DNA of 64,000 nucleotides, from NCBI GenBank assembly GCA_045545475.1, contig JAZQAZ010000023.1, positions 32,001 through 96,000 on the forward strand, in the 5' to 3' direction. The notes under the pieces are model-generated. The model was given only the letters and a program-made list of their open reading frames with translations. It was not told the origin of the DNA and did no database searches. Shown here in pieces: positions 10,294 through 20,283 of the stretch; positions within the stretch are counted from its first letter, which is position 1, and the number at the start of each line of letters is the position of its first letter. The DNA comes from Clostridia bacterium (GTDB lineage: Bacteria; Bacillota; Clostridia; CAKSNL01; HGM11501). The position numbers were made by a program, and so were the translations under genes.

Positions 10294-10941
10294 ATGGACA
10301 AAATTGTACCGGAATATATGGAAGAATATTTAAGGTGTCTTCTCCCCGAAAGAGACGCCTTTTTGTCGTCTCTGGAAAAAGAGGCTGCAGACACCGAAAC
10401 CTATGCTCCCATAATTGAGCCTGAGGTTGCCAACCTTCTTACGGTTCTTATAAAAATCACAAAACCAAAAAGAATTTTAGAGCTTGGAACTGCCATAGGT
10501 TATTCGTCAATCGTCATGGCACGGGCCATGGGAGAAGGCGAAATTATTACGGTCGAAAGATATTCGGTTGCTTATGAGAGGGCCATTGCAAATATCAAAA
10601 AAGCCGGTCTCTCACACATAATAAAGCCGGTTCTTGAAGATGCATCAAGTGTATTAAACTGGCTTGATCCCCCCTTTGACATGATTTTCATGGATGCAGC
10701 AAAGGGACAGTATATGGATTTTCTGCCTCAGTGTTTAAGGCTTCTTAAAAATGGCGGAATATTAGTATCCGATGACGTATTATACAAAGGTGAGGTTACC
10801 GAAGCTATATCCACGGAAAAGAGAAAAGTCACACTGGTTAACCGTTTAGGAAAATATTTGGAACATATATCCGACACAGAAGGTCTTTCAACAACAGTTC
10901 TCCCCATAGGAAACGGTGTTGCAATTTCACTAAAGGAGTAA
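10294..10941 (+). CDS. trmR: O-methyltransferase, probable tRNA ho5U methyltransferase TrmR (YrrM)
   Basis: LELGTAIGYS, FDMIFMDAAKGQY; directly upstream of U32 gene as in B. subtilis yrrM-yrrO. Confidence 0.8.
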   Translation: MDKIVPEYMEEYLRCLLPERDAFLSSLEKEAADTETYAPIIEPEVANLLTVLIKITKPKRILELGTAIGYSSIVMARAMGEGEIITVERYSVAYERAIANIKKAGLSHIIKPVLEDASSVLNWLDPPFDMIFMDAAKGQYMDFLPQCLRLLKNGGILVSDDVLYKGEVTEAISTEKRKVTLVNRLGKYLEHISDTEGLSTTVLPIGNGVAISLKE

Positions 10942-10945
10942 AGCA

Positions 10946-12154
10946 ATGAGAAAAATTGAGCTTTTGGCCCCTGCGGGCGATTTGAATCGTTTGAAGGTTG
11001 CCATAGAATATGGTGCAGATGCGGTATATCTTGGCGGAGAACAGTACTCCCTCCGCTCGGCTGCCGTAAACTTCACTCACGATGAACTTAAAGAAGGAAT
11101 AAACTATGCTCACGAACGGGGAAAGAAGGTATATGTTGCCCTGAACATCATTCCCCACAACAGAGACCTTGACCTTATGGAAGACTTCGTAAAAGAAGTA
11201 CATTCCCTTGGAGCGGATGCGGTTATAGTATCTGACCTTGGCGTTATGGAAGTAGTCAAAGCTGCTGCTCCCGGTCTTGAAATCCACATAAGCACTCAGG
11301 CAAGCGTAACCAACTACAGAACCGTTGATATGTATAAAAAGCTTGGGGCATCACGTGTGGTTTTGGCCCGTGAACTGTCTCTTTCAGAAATAAGCGAAAT
11401 CCACGAGAAGACAGATTGTGAGCTGGAAGTTTTCTGTCATGGTGCCATCTGTATGTCCTATTCAGGTCGCTGCCTTTTGAGCAATTATCTTGCGGGCCGT
11501 GACGGTAATATGGGCGAATGTGCTCAGCCCTGTCGCTGGCAATATTATGTAATGGAAGAAAAGCGTGAAGGAATGTATCTTCCCATAATGGAAACAGAGC
11601 GAGGAACCTTCGTCTTTAATTCCAAAGATATGTGCATGATAGAACATATTGACGATTTATTCAAATGTGGTGCCGCAAGCATAAAAATTGAAGGCCGAAT
11701 CAAAACTGCTTACTATGTTGCAACTGTTGTAAAGTCTTATCGAGCAGCAATTGATGCCTACATGGCAAATCCCGATAACTGGTACAAAGAATATTATAAG
11801 ACAGAACTTGAAAAGGTCAGTCACAGAATGTATGATACGGGATTTTTCTATGGTCGCCCCGAAGAAATTTATGCTGACGGCTCATACATCAGAAACTACG
11901 ATGTAATTGCAACCGTGGATTCTTACGATGATAAAACCGGCATTGCAACACTTACAATGCTTAATAAATTTTCTCTCGGAGAAGAACTCGAGGTTATGGA
12001 ACCACAGGGAGATTTCTGGATTCAGAAAATCACATATATGGAAGATATTGACAAAAAATCAATTGAAACCGCAAACCATGCTGAAATGAAGGTACTTCTT
12101 AAAACAGACAAACCCGTTTCCACCTTCGCATTTTTCAGACGCAAACGTGCATAA
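10946..12154 (+). CDS. U32 family protein, probable tRNA hydroxylase TrhP/YrrO
   Basis: ELLAPAG, GADAVY, HISTQ, LARELS, HGAICMSYSGRC, CAQPCRW, KIEGR. Confidence 0.9.
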   Translation: MRKIELLAPAGDLNRLKVAIEYGADAVYLGGEQYSLRSAAVNFTHDELKEGINYAHERGKKVYVALNIIPHNRDLDLMEDFVKEVHSLGADAVIVSDLGVMEVVKAAAPGLEIHISTQASVTNYRTVDMYKKLGASRVVLARELSLSEISEIHEKTDCELEVFCHGAICMSYSGRCLLSNYLAGRDGNMGECAQPCRWQYYVMEEKREGMYLPIMETERGTFVFNSKDMCMIEHIDDLFKCGAASIKIEGRIKTAYYVATVVKSYRAAIDAYMANPDNWYKEYYKTELEKVSHRMYDTGFFYGRPEEIYADGSYIRNYDVIATVDSYDDKTGIATLTMLNKFSLGEELEVMEPQGDFWIQKITYMEDIDKKSIETANHAEMKVLLKTDKPVSTFAFFRRKRA

Positions 12155-12161
12155 ATTATTA

Positions 12162-12190
12162 TTGACATAACCAATAATATGCTCTATAAT
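12162..12190 (+). promoter_or_regulatory. SigA promoter with overlapping inverted repeat
   Basis: TTGACA-17-TATAAT; TATTATTG-N7-CAATAATA (12157-12179) overlaps the -35. Confidence 0.7.
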
Positions 12191-12216
12191 ATATTTAGCT
12201 AAAGGAGGTGGCTATA

Positions 12217-12420
12217 ATGGCTAAAATTACAAAGGACACAATCATTGCAGACGTATTAAAAATCGATCAGGGCACTGCTCCTTTCTTCCTTGAAATAGGC
12301 ATGCATTGTCTCACCTGCCCCGGTGCAATCGGCGAAACAGTTGAGGAAGCTTGCATGGTTCACGGAGTTGACTGCGACGAGCTCTTAAATAAGCTTAACA
12401 CTTATCTGGAAAGCAAATAA
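12217..12420 (+). CDS. DUF1858 family (hybrid-cluster-associated redox disulfide domain) protein
   Basis: ITKDTIIADVL, GMHCLTCPGAIGETVEEACMVHG. Confidence 0.85.
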   Translation: MAKITKDTIIADVLKIDQGTAPFFLEIGMHCLTCPGAIGETVEEACMVHGVDCDELLNKLNTYLESK

Positions 12421-12424
12421 AACC

Positions 12425-12458
12425 AAAAGGCGACTGAAAATGTTTCAGTCGCTTTTTT
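12425..12458 (+). terminator. Intrinsic terminator
   Basis: gcgactgaaa-atg-tttcagtcgc followed by T6. Confidence 0.85.
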
Positions 12459-12533
12459 CTTGACCTTTTATCTCGGTAGTGGTATAATATAATGAAGTTA
12501 ATTCTAAAAATACATTTCCGGAGGGATTAATCG

Positions 12534-13268
12534 ATGGAAAAAATTGATATATTCGGTGTAAAAATAGATAATGTAACTATGGACAGTGCCATGGAAAAAG
12601 TGGCATCATGGCTCTCCGGAGATAAGAGAGGATATGCTATATACACTCCAAATTCCGAAATTATCATGGCTGCAAAAAAGGACCATGAATTCAAAGAATT
12701 ATTAAACTCCGCTGATATGACAACTCCAGACGGAATAGGCGTTGTAAAAGCCGCAGGCATATTGGGAACTCCTCTCCCGGAACGAGTGGGAGGTTTCGAT
12801 TTGACCTGCCGTGTAGTTGAATATCTCAACGAAAATAAAATGAGTCTTTTCATTTTAGGCGGTAAACCCGGAGTTGCTGAAACAGCTGCCGAAAATTTAA
12901 AGAAGCAATACCCCGACCTTGTGATCGCAGGAACTAACGACGGATATTTTAAGGAAGACGAACCTATCGTTATGAAGGTTGCTACCTCTGCCCCGGATTA
13001 TCTTATGGTTTGTCTGGGTGCTCCGAAACAGGAAAAATTCATCGCCGCCTATAAGGATAAACTTAATGCTAAGGTTATGATAGGTGCCGGAGGTAGTGCA
13101 GACGTATTCGCCGGAACAATGGCAAGAGCACCTGAATTTTTCATAAAGCATAACTTAGAATGGCTTTACAGAATTGTAAAAGCAAAAAGACTTAAGAGAA
13201 GTTTATCCCTTTTCGCTTTTGCCGGAAGCGTTTTTAAGCACCGTATAGTTCACGGCAAAAACAAATAA
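12534..13268 (+). CDS. WecB/TagA/CpsF family glycosyltransferase
   Basis: TPNSE, PDGIGVV, ERVGGFDL, LGAPKQEKF, RAPEF, LEWLYR. Confidence 0.93.
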   Translation: MEKIDIFGVKIDNVTMDSAMEKVASWLSGDKRGYAIYTPNSEIIMAAKKDHEFKELLNSADMTTPDGIGVVKAAGILGTPLPERVGGFDLTCRVVEYLNENKMSLFILGGKPGVAETAAENLKKQYPDLVIAGTNDGYFKEDEPIVMKVATSAPDYLMVCLGAPKQEKFIAAYKDKLNAKVMIGAGGSADVFAGTMARAPEFFIKHNLEWLYRIVKAKRLKRSLSLFAFAGSVFKHRIVHGKNK

Positions 13269-13289
13269 AAGTTGAAAGGAGAATTCCCC

Positions 13290-14078
13290 GTGAAAAAATT
13301 TTTTGCAATATTTTTTGTTCTTGTGGCTCTGTCAGCCTTTACCGCATGCAAAGACGAGAATTCTTCTAATTTTGACGGAGAAAAGCTTTCATATACAGAA
13401 ATGCTAAAGGGTGACGGAACCATTGATAAGCGTTGGTATTACAAATATTATCCTGACGGAGAAATATCAACTTCCATGCGCTGTCTTGAAGACGGGACGT
13501 GTGTCCAAAGAAATGAATATACATATACCGAAGATAACTTAAAGGAAACAGAAACCATATATGTTCTTGGCAAAAAGACATCCGTTACCGAATATTCTTA
13601 CAGCGAAGATAAAAAACTTTACTCCGAAAAGAATTATCTTCCCACAGAAATAACAGAAACATTGTATTATTATAATGCAGACGGAACGCTGGACTATACC
13701 GAAAAAAGAAAAGCCAACGGAGATCTTATAAGCAGTCATCGTTACATCTACATGGCAGATAAACTCACAGAAGAAAGCTTTTTTGACGCATCGGATAACA
13801 AAATCGGCGGCATATTATACACTTATTCAAAAGATCATATCAAAACCGTTGAATATTCGGGAATTGCTGCAACGGATTATGCCAAAGAGGACAGAACCTA
13901 TGATGGTGAAAACCTTATAAAAACGCTGTTTTACAATGCAGAAGGGCAATTGCTCTATACAGATACCGCAGAATATGACGGTGACAGATGTATGCACAGA
14001 CTTCGTGTAGACAGCAACAACTCCATTGTATATACATGGGATGCTTATTATGACAGCTTTGTATCATTAATCGGATAA
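13290..14078 (+). CDS. Lipoprotein with Tyr-rich beta-hairpin (YD/MORN-like) repeats
   Basis: GTG start after AAAGGAG; lipobox FTA-C; repeated (E/Y)-Y-x-Y-x-x-D-G units. Confidence 0.7.
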   Translation: MKKFFAIFFVLVALSAFTACKDENSSNFDGEKLSYTEMLKGDGTIDKRWYYKYYPDGEISTSMRCLEDGTCVQRNEYTYTEDNLKETETIYVLGKKTSVTEYSYSEDKKLYSEKNYLPTEITETLYYYNADGTLDYTEKRKANGDLISSHRYIYMADKLTEESFFDASDNKIGGILYTYSKDHIKTVEYSGIAATDYAKEDRTYDGENLIKTLFYNAEGQLLYTDTAEYDGDRCMHRLRVDSNNSIVYTWDAYYDSFVSLIG

Positions 14079-14091
14079 AGGAGAATTTCAT

Positions 14092-14763
14092 ATGCCACTT
14101 ATTGTAATAGAAGGTGTTGACGCTTCAGGAAAGGCCACGCAAACTAAAAAGCTTTGCGAACGTCTTTTATCGGAAGGTAAAAAACTCATGCAAATAACCT
14201 TTCCTGACTATGACTCTCCCTCTTCTGCTCCGGTTAAAATGTATCTTTCCGGAGAACTCGGAGACACAGCAGACAGCGTAAATGCCTATGCTGCAAGCGC
14301 ACTTTTTGCAGTCGACAGATTTTGCAGTTACAGAAAAAACTGGAAGACATTTTTAGACGATGGCGGAATTATTATAGCAGATCGCTATGTTACATCAAAT
14401 TTTATTCATCAGGCATCTAAAATCAGTGACATTGCTGAACGTGATAAATATCTTGATTTCCAGTCTGATTTTGAATATGAAAAAATTGGACTTCCCAAAC
14501 CTGATGCAGTATTGTTTTTAGATGTCCCTCCCGAGGTTTCTTTGGAACTTATTGCAAAAAGAGAAAACAAGTTTGATTCCTCATCTTCTCATGACATTCA
14601 CGAACGTGATTCAAATCATCTTTTCAAGGCCTACGAAAGTGCAGTTTATGTTGCAGATAAGTTTGGATTTATAAAAATCCAATGTACAGAAGAAAAAAAG
14701 CTTAAAACCATTGATGAAATTGCAGGTATGGTCTATAACTCAATCGAAAATATTATAGAATAA
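14092..14763 (+). CDS. tmk: Thymidylate kinase
   Basis: IVIEGVDASGKATQ P-loop, FPDY, ADRYVTSN, PKPD. Confidence 0.9.
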   Translation: MPLIVIEGVDASGKATQTKKLCERLLSEGKKLMQITFPDYDSPSSAPVKMYLSGELGDTADSVNAYAASALFAVDRFCSYRKNWKTFLDDGGIIIADRYVTSNFIHQASKISDIAERDKYLDFQSDFEYEKIGLPKPDAVLFLDVPPEVSLELIAKRENKFDSSSSHDIHERDSNHLFKAYESAVYVADKFGFIKIQCTEEKKLKTIDEIAGMVYNSIENIIE

Positions 14764-14799
14764 AAAAAATAAAAGGTGTGATGCACCTTTTATTTTTTT
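14762..14799. terminator. Bidirectional terminator
   Basis: aaaaaaataaaaggtg-tgatg-caccttttattttttt. Confidence 0.8.
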
Positions 14800-14935
14800 C
14801 TGTATCAGATGAGTATTAGTCTGCATGAATGACCTTTTTATTCATTTTAAAAAACAAAAGCAAGGTTTAGTTTCAGCCTTGCTCCTGTTAGAATATCTCT
14901 ACTATATTTAGTTCAATAAACTGGAATATTTTAGT

Positions 14936-15364
14936 TTAAAAATCTGCTTCATAATAATAGAAATTATTGCCAAGAGCTTCCACATAATACCGATTGTCTC
15001 CACCGTTTTCTTGGTATAAGTATCCATCTCCACTTTCAACAAGTTCGTCCTCTGGTCCAGCTACATCTATAGCACACATATCGCCATCAGCGGAATAAAA
15101 GATTCCATAATAATGAGTACTAGGACCAAAACCTGCACCACCACATGAAATATCTACATACTTTTCAGATATATACACTGACTGAACACCTCTTATATTT
15201 TCTACGGTACTATAATCTCCGCTGTTCGCAGCCTGTAGGAAGGTCTCTTCGTTATTTTGATATAGTGATATTATATCACTTTTCTCAGTAAGATTTTTGG
15301 AACATGCAGTAAATATAAAAACAAAACATACTAACACCCCAAGTAATGATATTAACTTTTTCAT
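14936..15364 (-). CDS. AT-rich orphan lipoprotein
   Basis: MKKLISLLGVLVCFVFIFTA-C lipobox; RBS AAAAGGGG; start trimmed from 15442. Confidence 0.7.
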   Translation of the reverse strand: MKKLISLLGVLVCFVFIFTACSKNLTEKSDIISLYQNNEETFLQAANSGDYSTVENIRGVQSVYISEKYVDISCGGAGFGPSTHYYGIFYSADGDMCAIDVAGPEDELVESGDGYLYQENGGDNRYYVEALGNNFYYYEADF

Positions 15365-15389
15365 ACAATTAATCCCCTTTATTAAACTC

Positions 15390-15974
15390 TTATTTTTTTG
15401 CATTTTCCTCCTTACCAAGTATATCATAACGTAAAATTCCAACCAAAATTGATATAATACATATTATGTCCGAAACGTTAAGTATCCAGAGGCTGTTATG
15501 GGCATTGTATATGAGCCAGCTTACCATCCCCGGAAGGCTTAAAAATCTTACTGTCCTCGGATTTTTAACCCACATGGCAATTGTGGCAAAGGCCATACCG
15601 GAAACGCTCAGAAACGCCCATGCTCCTTCTTTATTGACCACTCCGGAATAAATCCCCGCTCCCACGAAAAAGGCCATAAAACCTAACAGAATCCACTTCG
15701 AAGCAAGCCACTTTACTCCTGCATCTTTTCTGTCAAAAACAAGCGATCTCACAATGGAAAGAATGTTCATGATTCCGCCCGCTACAGTTCCTTTAAGGAA
15801 ATAATAAATACTGACAACGCTCATTGCCGCAACCACCGTCATAAGTATTCCACGCTTGGTCTTTTGCTGATATGCCAGAGCGTTAAGAAGTACTGCTGCA
15901 AATGCAAACACGACCACCCAGCCATCTGCTTTTACATCTTTTAATACGTTCTGAATAAATTCCACCTTGCTCAT
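15390..15974 (-). CDS. YgjV-like inner membrane protein
   Basis: Multiple TM helices, YQQKTKRGIL, VRFLSL...WLIYN pattern. Confidence 0.7.
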   Translation of the reverse strand: MSKVEFIQNVLKDVKADGWVVVFAFAAVLLNALAYQQKTKRGILMTVVAAMSVVSIYYFLKGTVAGGIMNILSIVRSLVFDRKDAGVKWLASKWILLGFMAFFVGAGIYSGVVNKEGAWAFLSVSGMAFATIAMWVKNPRTVRFLSLPGMVSWLIYNAHNSLWILNVSDIICIISILVGILRYDILGKEENAKK

Positions 15975-16040
15975 CGCCCTCCCTTTTCAACTCACTAATT
16001 ATACATCAGCCTACTGCAAAATGCAACATTTATTTAAAAT

Positions 16041-16070
16041 AAAAATGACGGGCAAAGCCCGTCATTTTTT
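16041..16070 (-). terminator. Terminator after SLH protein
   Basis: aaaaatgacgggc-aaa-gcccgtcattttt. Confidence 0.85.
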
Positions 16071-16072
16071 AC

Positions 16073-19000
16073 TTATTGCATAACCTCTAAGATGAGATAA
16101 ATCATCTGGAATGCCTGAGCTCTTGTAGCACCTGCTGCGGGAGCAAATGTGCCGTCGCCCATACCGGAGATAACGCCTGCAGCTGCTAACTTGTTAACAG
16201 CTTCTACTGCATCAGCATCAATATTTTCAGCATCTGTGAAAGCTACAATCTTATCAGAAGGAAGTGTTGCCTTCTTCATTAATACAGCCTTGTATATCAT
16301 CAAAGCCATATCCTGTCTTGTAATTCTTACGTTGGATCCGAATGAACCGCCGTCAGTGCCACACAAAATATTTGCTTCATGAGCTGCCGCAATGTAGGGT
16401 ACCTGCCATCCGTCTGCAGGAACGTCTTCCCAGAAGTAGTTATATGCATCAGCCTTTATATCAAGGTCAAACGCTACAACCAAAAGCTTAACAAACTCGT
16501 CTCTGGTAATAATACCGTTGGGACGGATTGTACCGTCTTCATAGCCGTTGATTATTCCCTTATGTATAAGAGTTCCGATAGCATGCTTTGCCCAAGCAGC
16601 ATCCTCTACGTCAGAGAACTTAGCTACTGCTGTATTAATCTGCTCTTCTGTGATAACTTCCTTAGCAGGTTCAGCGGGTTTTGTAGTAACCGGTGCAGCC
16701 GGGAATGTTGTATTACCATTGTTCTTATCGGTTGTGATGGTGATACTACCCTTACCGGATCCGCCGCCTTCACTTACAGATTTAAGAATTGTCTCAAAGC
16801 TTTCTGCTATTCCCTGAGCGGTAAGATCAGTACCCTTCTTCGCAAGCTGTGTAAAGAGTCTTGTCATTAATCTTGATGCCTTTGTATTTGTAAGAGCATC
16901 ATACTTTCTCCAGTTCTTATCGCTGATATCAAGATCTTCATAAATGCCGTCTTCTCCGAAGAGTAAGTCTGCAAGATCATCCGAAGTTGTATCTTCGCTG
17001 TTTACAACTTCATAAACCTTTCTCACTGCCTTAGCATTGGTATTAGCCTTAGCTATAATTTCAGCATTTGTAAGCTCGTCGTCTTCGTCTGCCTCATCTA
17101 CAGCAACGATAGCAGCCATAAGCAATTCGGCGTCAAGGTCATCTTCATAGGAAACAGCAATTTCGTTTGCTATAGCTGCATCGATAACAGCCTTCTTCTC
17201 TTCTAATGTAAGAGAATCATCATATGCTGCATCGATAAGGTCCATAGCAGCAACAGTTGCACCTGCACCAAGTGTAGCTTCGCCTTCAGCTGCTACCTCT
17301 ACATTAGCCTTAGAAGACTCAATGGGCTCTGTAGAAAGAGTCATATAAACCTCAGCAAAGAGCTTTGTATAACCTTCAGCCTTTGCAACATAAGCACCTT
17401 TTGCCTCATCGTATGCCATTATATCGTTATCTTCAGAGAAGTACTTAACATAGCAATCTGCAGGAAGAATGCCTGTCTCGCCGTTGGGATATTCGTATTC
17501 TATTACAGGAACGATTTCTGTTCCTACTTCTACGCTCTTAAATACATTTGCATTTGCAAATGTTGCTGCAACGATTCTGCCTTCAAAAGCATCATCTTCT
17601 GTAGGAGCAGTATACTCATCGCCTGTAACTGTTATTAACTTCTTATCCGTAATGGTAGTTCCGTCTTCAAGAGTATATGTCGCAGTGATGATTTCTGTAC
17701 CTCTGGAAACAGCTGTAATTGTTCCTGCAGCAGCATCAACAGCTACAACTGCATCACCAAGTGTTGTGGATACAGTAACAGCAGGAGCACTCTTTACATC
17801 AATGTTTCCGGGTTTGTATTCGTCTTTGCCTGCAACTTTGAGAGACTCAAATTCAGCATTAACGGCAAATGTTGTTTCGCCATCTAAATCAATAACATCT
17901 TCTTCTATATCAAGAGCCAAAGATGTAGGATCTGTAGTTCCGTCATATACAAGAGTTTCTTCGGAAGGAAGAATGTTTGTATTAATCTGGAAATCCTTTA
18001 CGAAATATCTTCCGCTACGGCTGGAGAATGTTATATAGGATTTCTCGGGAAGCTGTACAGCCATTCCAGTGAAGGGAACTACTTCGTCTGTTACGAGGTT
18101 ATAAAGTGTACCTGAACTGTAGCCGTCATAGCTTGTTCCTCTGGCTGTTACCTTTGTAACAATCGCATCAAATACAATTTTAGCAAGAGGTACATTTTCG
18201 CCCTGATCGTCAACTGCATAGATTTCAATTAATTCACCAAAGTCCTTGATTAAAGGAGTGAATGTCTTCTGATCTGCAGAAAGTACGCCAGGAAGAGATG
18301 TAAGGTCAATCTCTGTATAAACTCTTGAGTCTTCAACTCCGGAAGTCTTATACTGACCGTCTCTTATAACAATATAAATTGTTGCAAAGTTGTTTGCAAG
18401 AGCGTCTTCCTGAATGGAAACGCCCTGGTAACCAAGCATTGCAGGAGTTACATTGTACTGCTGTTCATAGCAGTCAGAACCTAATGTCTGACGTACACCG
18501 AACATCATTCTACCCTGTGCTTCTCTCGTAAGAGTAGCCTGAACGCTGTATACAGGATAAGAAGTTCTGAAATGCATCTGATATCTGGTACCTGTCTGAC
18601 CTGCCATAGCACCCCAAAGGTTAATCGGAATACCCTTTTCAGTTGTTACGGGAACCTCCGATAAAGCAGAGTTTCCGAAATTATACCATTCAGATTCAAA
18701 CTGGCTTAAAGAATAGCTTCCTGTAAAGGACTGGGTATATGTAGGAATACCGTCTTCGGTATATACTCCTAATTTACTGATTGCACTTGCAATGCTATTG
18801 AATTCTGCATCAAGCTTTGCATTGGTGATACCATCTTCTTCAACAGCTTCCTTTGCAGACTCAATGCTGTCAAGTATTGACTGAAGCTCTTCTTCGGAAT
18901 ATTCGCTGTCGGGATCATTAAGAAGTTCTTCTATAACTGCTTCAAATCCCGCAAATCTTCCGGGATAGCTTTCAGCTGTTGCAACTGTTACTGCACCGGA

Positions 19001-20206
19001 AAGAACATCGTCAAGACTTGAAAGAACTTCCTGAGCGTCATCTTCCAAAAGGTCTTCTGTTGCAACTGTTACATCTATTAAAGTAATTGCATCTTCAATA
19101 GCATTTATATCTAAGCTGTTTGAGATATAAACATCATCAGCAGTATCTTCAGACTCATATGCTTCAATAATCTCTAAAAATTCCGCCTTTTTTGCTTCAA
19201 GCTCAGCAAGTGTTTCTTCTGTAACAAGAAGATCGTTGTAGAGAAGCACATATAAATTGTCAACAGTAACTACCGCTGCTTCTTCTGCAAACAATTCGAC
19301 TTCTTCTGCTGCCAACATTTCAGTATCTTCAATGATACCGCCGTCACCGGGATCTTCGGGGTCTGTAGGTTCTTCGGGTTCTACAGGTTCTTCGGGTTCT
19401 GTAGGTTCTTCAGGCTCTATAGGCTCTTCGGGATCTTCGGAAGGAAGATAATCTTCCGGATCCTGGGGAGCAAGGGGATCGTCCTCTACACTTGCAGTTA
19501 CTCCGTTATAAACAGAGAAGAATCTGTAAGCCTGTGTATCAGCAAAAGTAATTGTAGATGTAAGAGAGTTTTCGCCTGATGTGAGCACCGCATAATCTTC
19601 TACCATTGCGAAAGATGCAATGAGAGTTTCGTTAGCATAGAGCTCAACTGCATCGCCTTCATAAATTACCTGATATGAAGCCTCTGTTAAGTCAACAGGA
19701 GCATCTACAACAAGGTAATCGGTTCCTTCTACGCCTTCACCCCATTTGGAAAGTCTGTGAGAGAACCATAAAATAATTTTATCAGCAGTGATACCAACCC
19801 AGGAACCATAGCTTTCACCAGAAGGCTTTATCTTCGCCTTATTAAGACGGATACCGATAAAGGTTGCTGTCCAGGGATCTGTATATTCCTTAGTTGTTGT
19901 CATATCGAAAGTAATGATATGCTGCTTATTGTTCTTTGTGTCTAAACCTTCGTTCACAGCCATATAAGACTCTGAAGAAAGTTCAAAATTAAGTACGCCG
20001 TCCTCAACGCTTCCGTTAAATACGGTGAGCTTGTCGCTTACTTTTTTATCAAAATTCTCTTCAACTAATACTGTTTCAGCATAACCTGTAACAGGTTCTA
20101 ACGCCAAAACAGGAGTTGTGATTACGAGACCGACAAGCATACTGAGGGCAATAAGGAAAGCGAGTAATCTTCTTAATTTCATTCTATTGCCATTCCTTTC
20201 TTTCAT
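16073..20206 (-). CDS. Large acidic secreted protein with three C-terminal SLH domains
   Basis: Signal peptide; FSDVEDAAWA...GIINGYEDGTIRPNGIITRDEF, ITRQDMA, ATRAQA; Pro/Glu linker. Confidence 0.9.
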   Translation of the reverse strand: MKERNGNRMKLRRLLAFLIALSMLVGLVITTPVLALEPVTGYAETVLVEENFDKKVSDKLTVFNGSVEDGVLNFELSSESYMAVNEGLDTKNNKQHIITFDMTTTKEYTDPWTATFIGIRLNKAKIKPSGESYGSWVGITADKIILWFSHRLSKWGEGVEGTDYLVVDAPVDLTEASYQVIYEGDAVELYANETLIASFAMVEDYAVLTSGENSLTSTITFADTQAYRFFSVYNGVTASVEDDPLAPQDPEDYLPSEDPEEPIEPEEPTEPEEPVEPEEPTDPEDPGDGGIIEDTEMLAAEEVELFAEEAAVVTVDNLYVLLYNDLLVTEETLAELEAKKAEFLEIIEAYESEDTADDVYISNSLDINAIEDAITLIDVTVATEDLLEDDAQEVLSSLDDVLSGAVTVATAESYPGRFAGFEAVIEELLNDPDSEYSEEELQSILDSIESAKEAVEEDGITNAKLDAEFNSIASAISKLGVYTEDGIPTYTQSFTGSYSLSQFESEWYNFGNSALSEVPVTTEKGIPINLWGAMAGQTGTRYQMHFRTSYPVYSVQATLTREAQGRMMFGVRQTLGSDCYEQQYNVTPAMLGYQGVSIQEDALANNFATIYIVIRDGQYKTSGVEDSRVYTEIDLTSLPGVLSADQKTFTPLIKDFGELIEIYAVDDQGENVPLAKIVFDAIVTKVTARGTSYDGYSSGTLYNLVTDEVVPFTGMAVQLPEKSYITFSSRSGRYFVKDFQINTNILPSEETLVYDGTTDPTSLALDIEEDVIDLDGETTFAVNAEFESLKVAGKDEYKPGNIDVKSAPAVTVSTTLGDAVVAVDAAAGTITAVSRGTEIITATYTLEDGTTITDKKLITVTGDEYTAPTEDDAFEGRIVAATFANANVFKSVEVGTEIVPVIEYEYPNGETGILPADCYVKYFSEDNDIMAYDEAKGAYVAKAEGYTKLFAEVYMTLSTEPIESSKANVEVAAEGEATLGAGATVAAMDLIDAAYDDSLTLEEKKAVIDAAIANEIAVSYEDDLDAELLMAAIVAVDEADEDDELTNAEIIAKANTNAKAVRKVYEVVNSEDTTSDDLADLLFGEDGIYEDLDISDKNWRKYDALTNTKASRLMTRLFTQLAKKGTDLTAQGIAESFETILKSVSEGGGSGKGSITITTDKNNGNTTFPAAPVTTKPAEPAKEVITEEQINTAVAKFSDVEDAAWAKHAIGTLIHKGIINGYEDGTIRPNGIITRDEFVKLLVVAFDLDIKADAYNYFWEDVPADGWQVPYIAAAHEANILCGTDGGSFGSNVRITRQDMALMIYKAVLMKKATLPSDKIVAFTDAENIDADAVEAVNKLAAAGVISGMGDGTFAPAAGATRAQAFQMIYLILEVMQ
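19349..19440 (-). repeat. 18-bp tandem repeat encoding (PEEPxE)n linker
   Basis: DPEEPIEPEEPTEPEEPVEPEEPTDPEDP; DNA unit about ggttcttcgggttctgta. Confidence 0.85.
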
Positions 20207-20231
20207 TTAAGGCCTTTTGCCTTATCTTAGG

Positions 20232-20264
20232 GTAGGCAAAGCCGCTATATGCGGCTCCGCCTAC
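20232..20264 (-). terminator. Hairpin between the two SLH genes
   Basis: gtaggc-aa-agccgc-tatat-gcggct-cc-gcctac; no strong U tract. Confidence 0.45.
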
Positions 20265-20283
20265 TACTTACTATGCCTGACTA

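Noticed and set aside
10294-12154. O-methyltransferase + U32 pair as a novel system
   Set aside because: Matches the known TrmR/TrhP tRNA 5-methoxyuridine pathway
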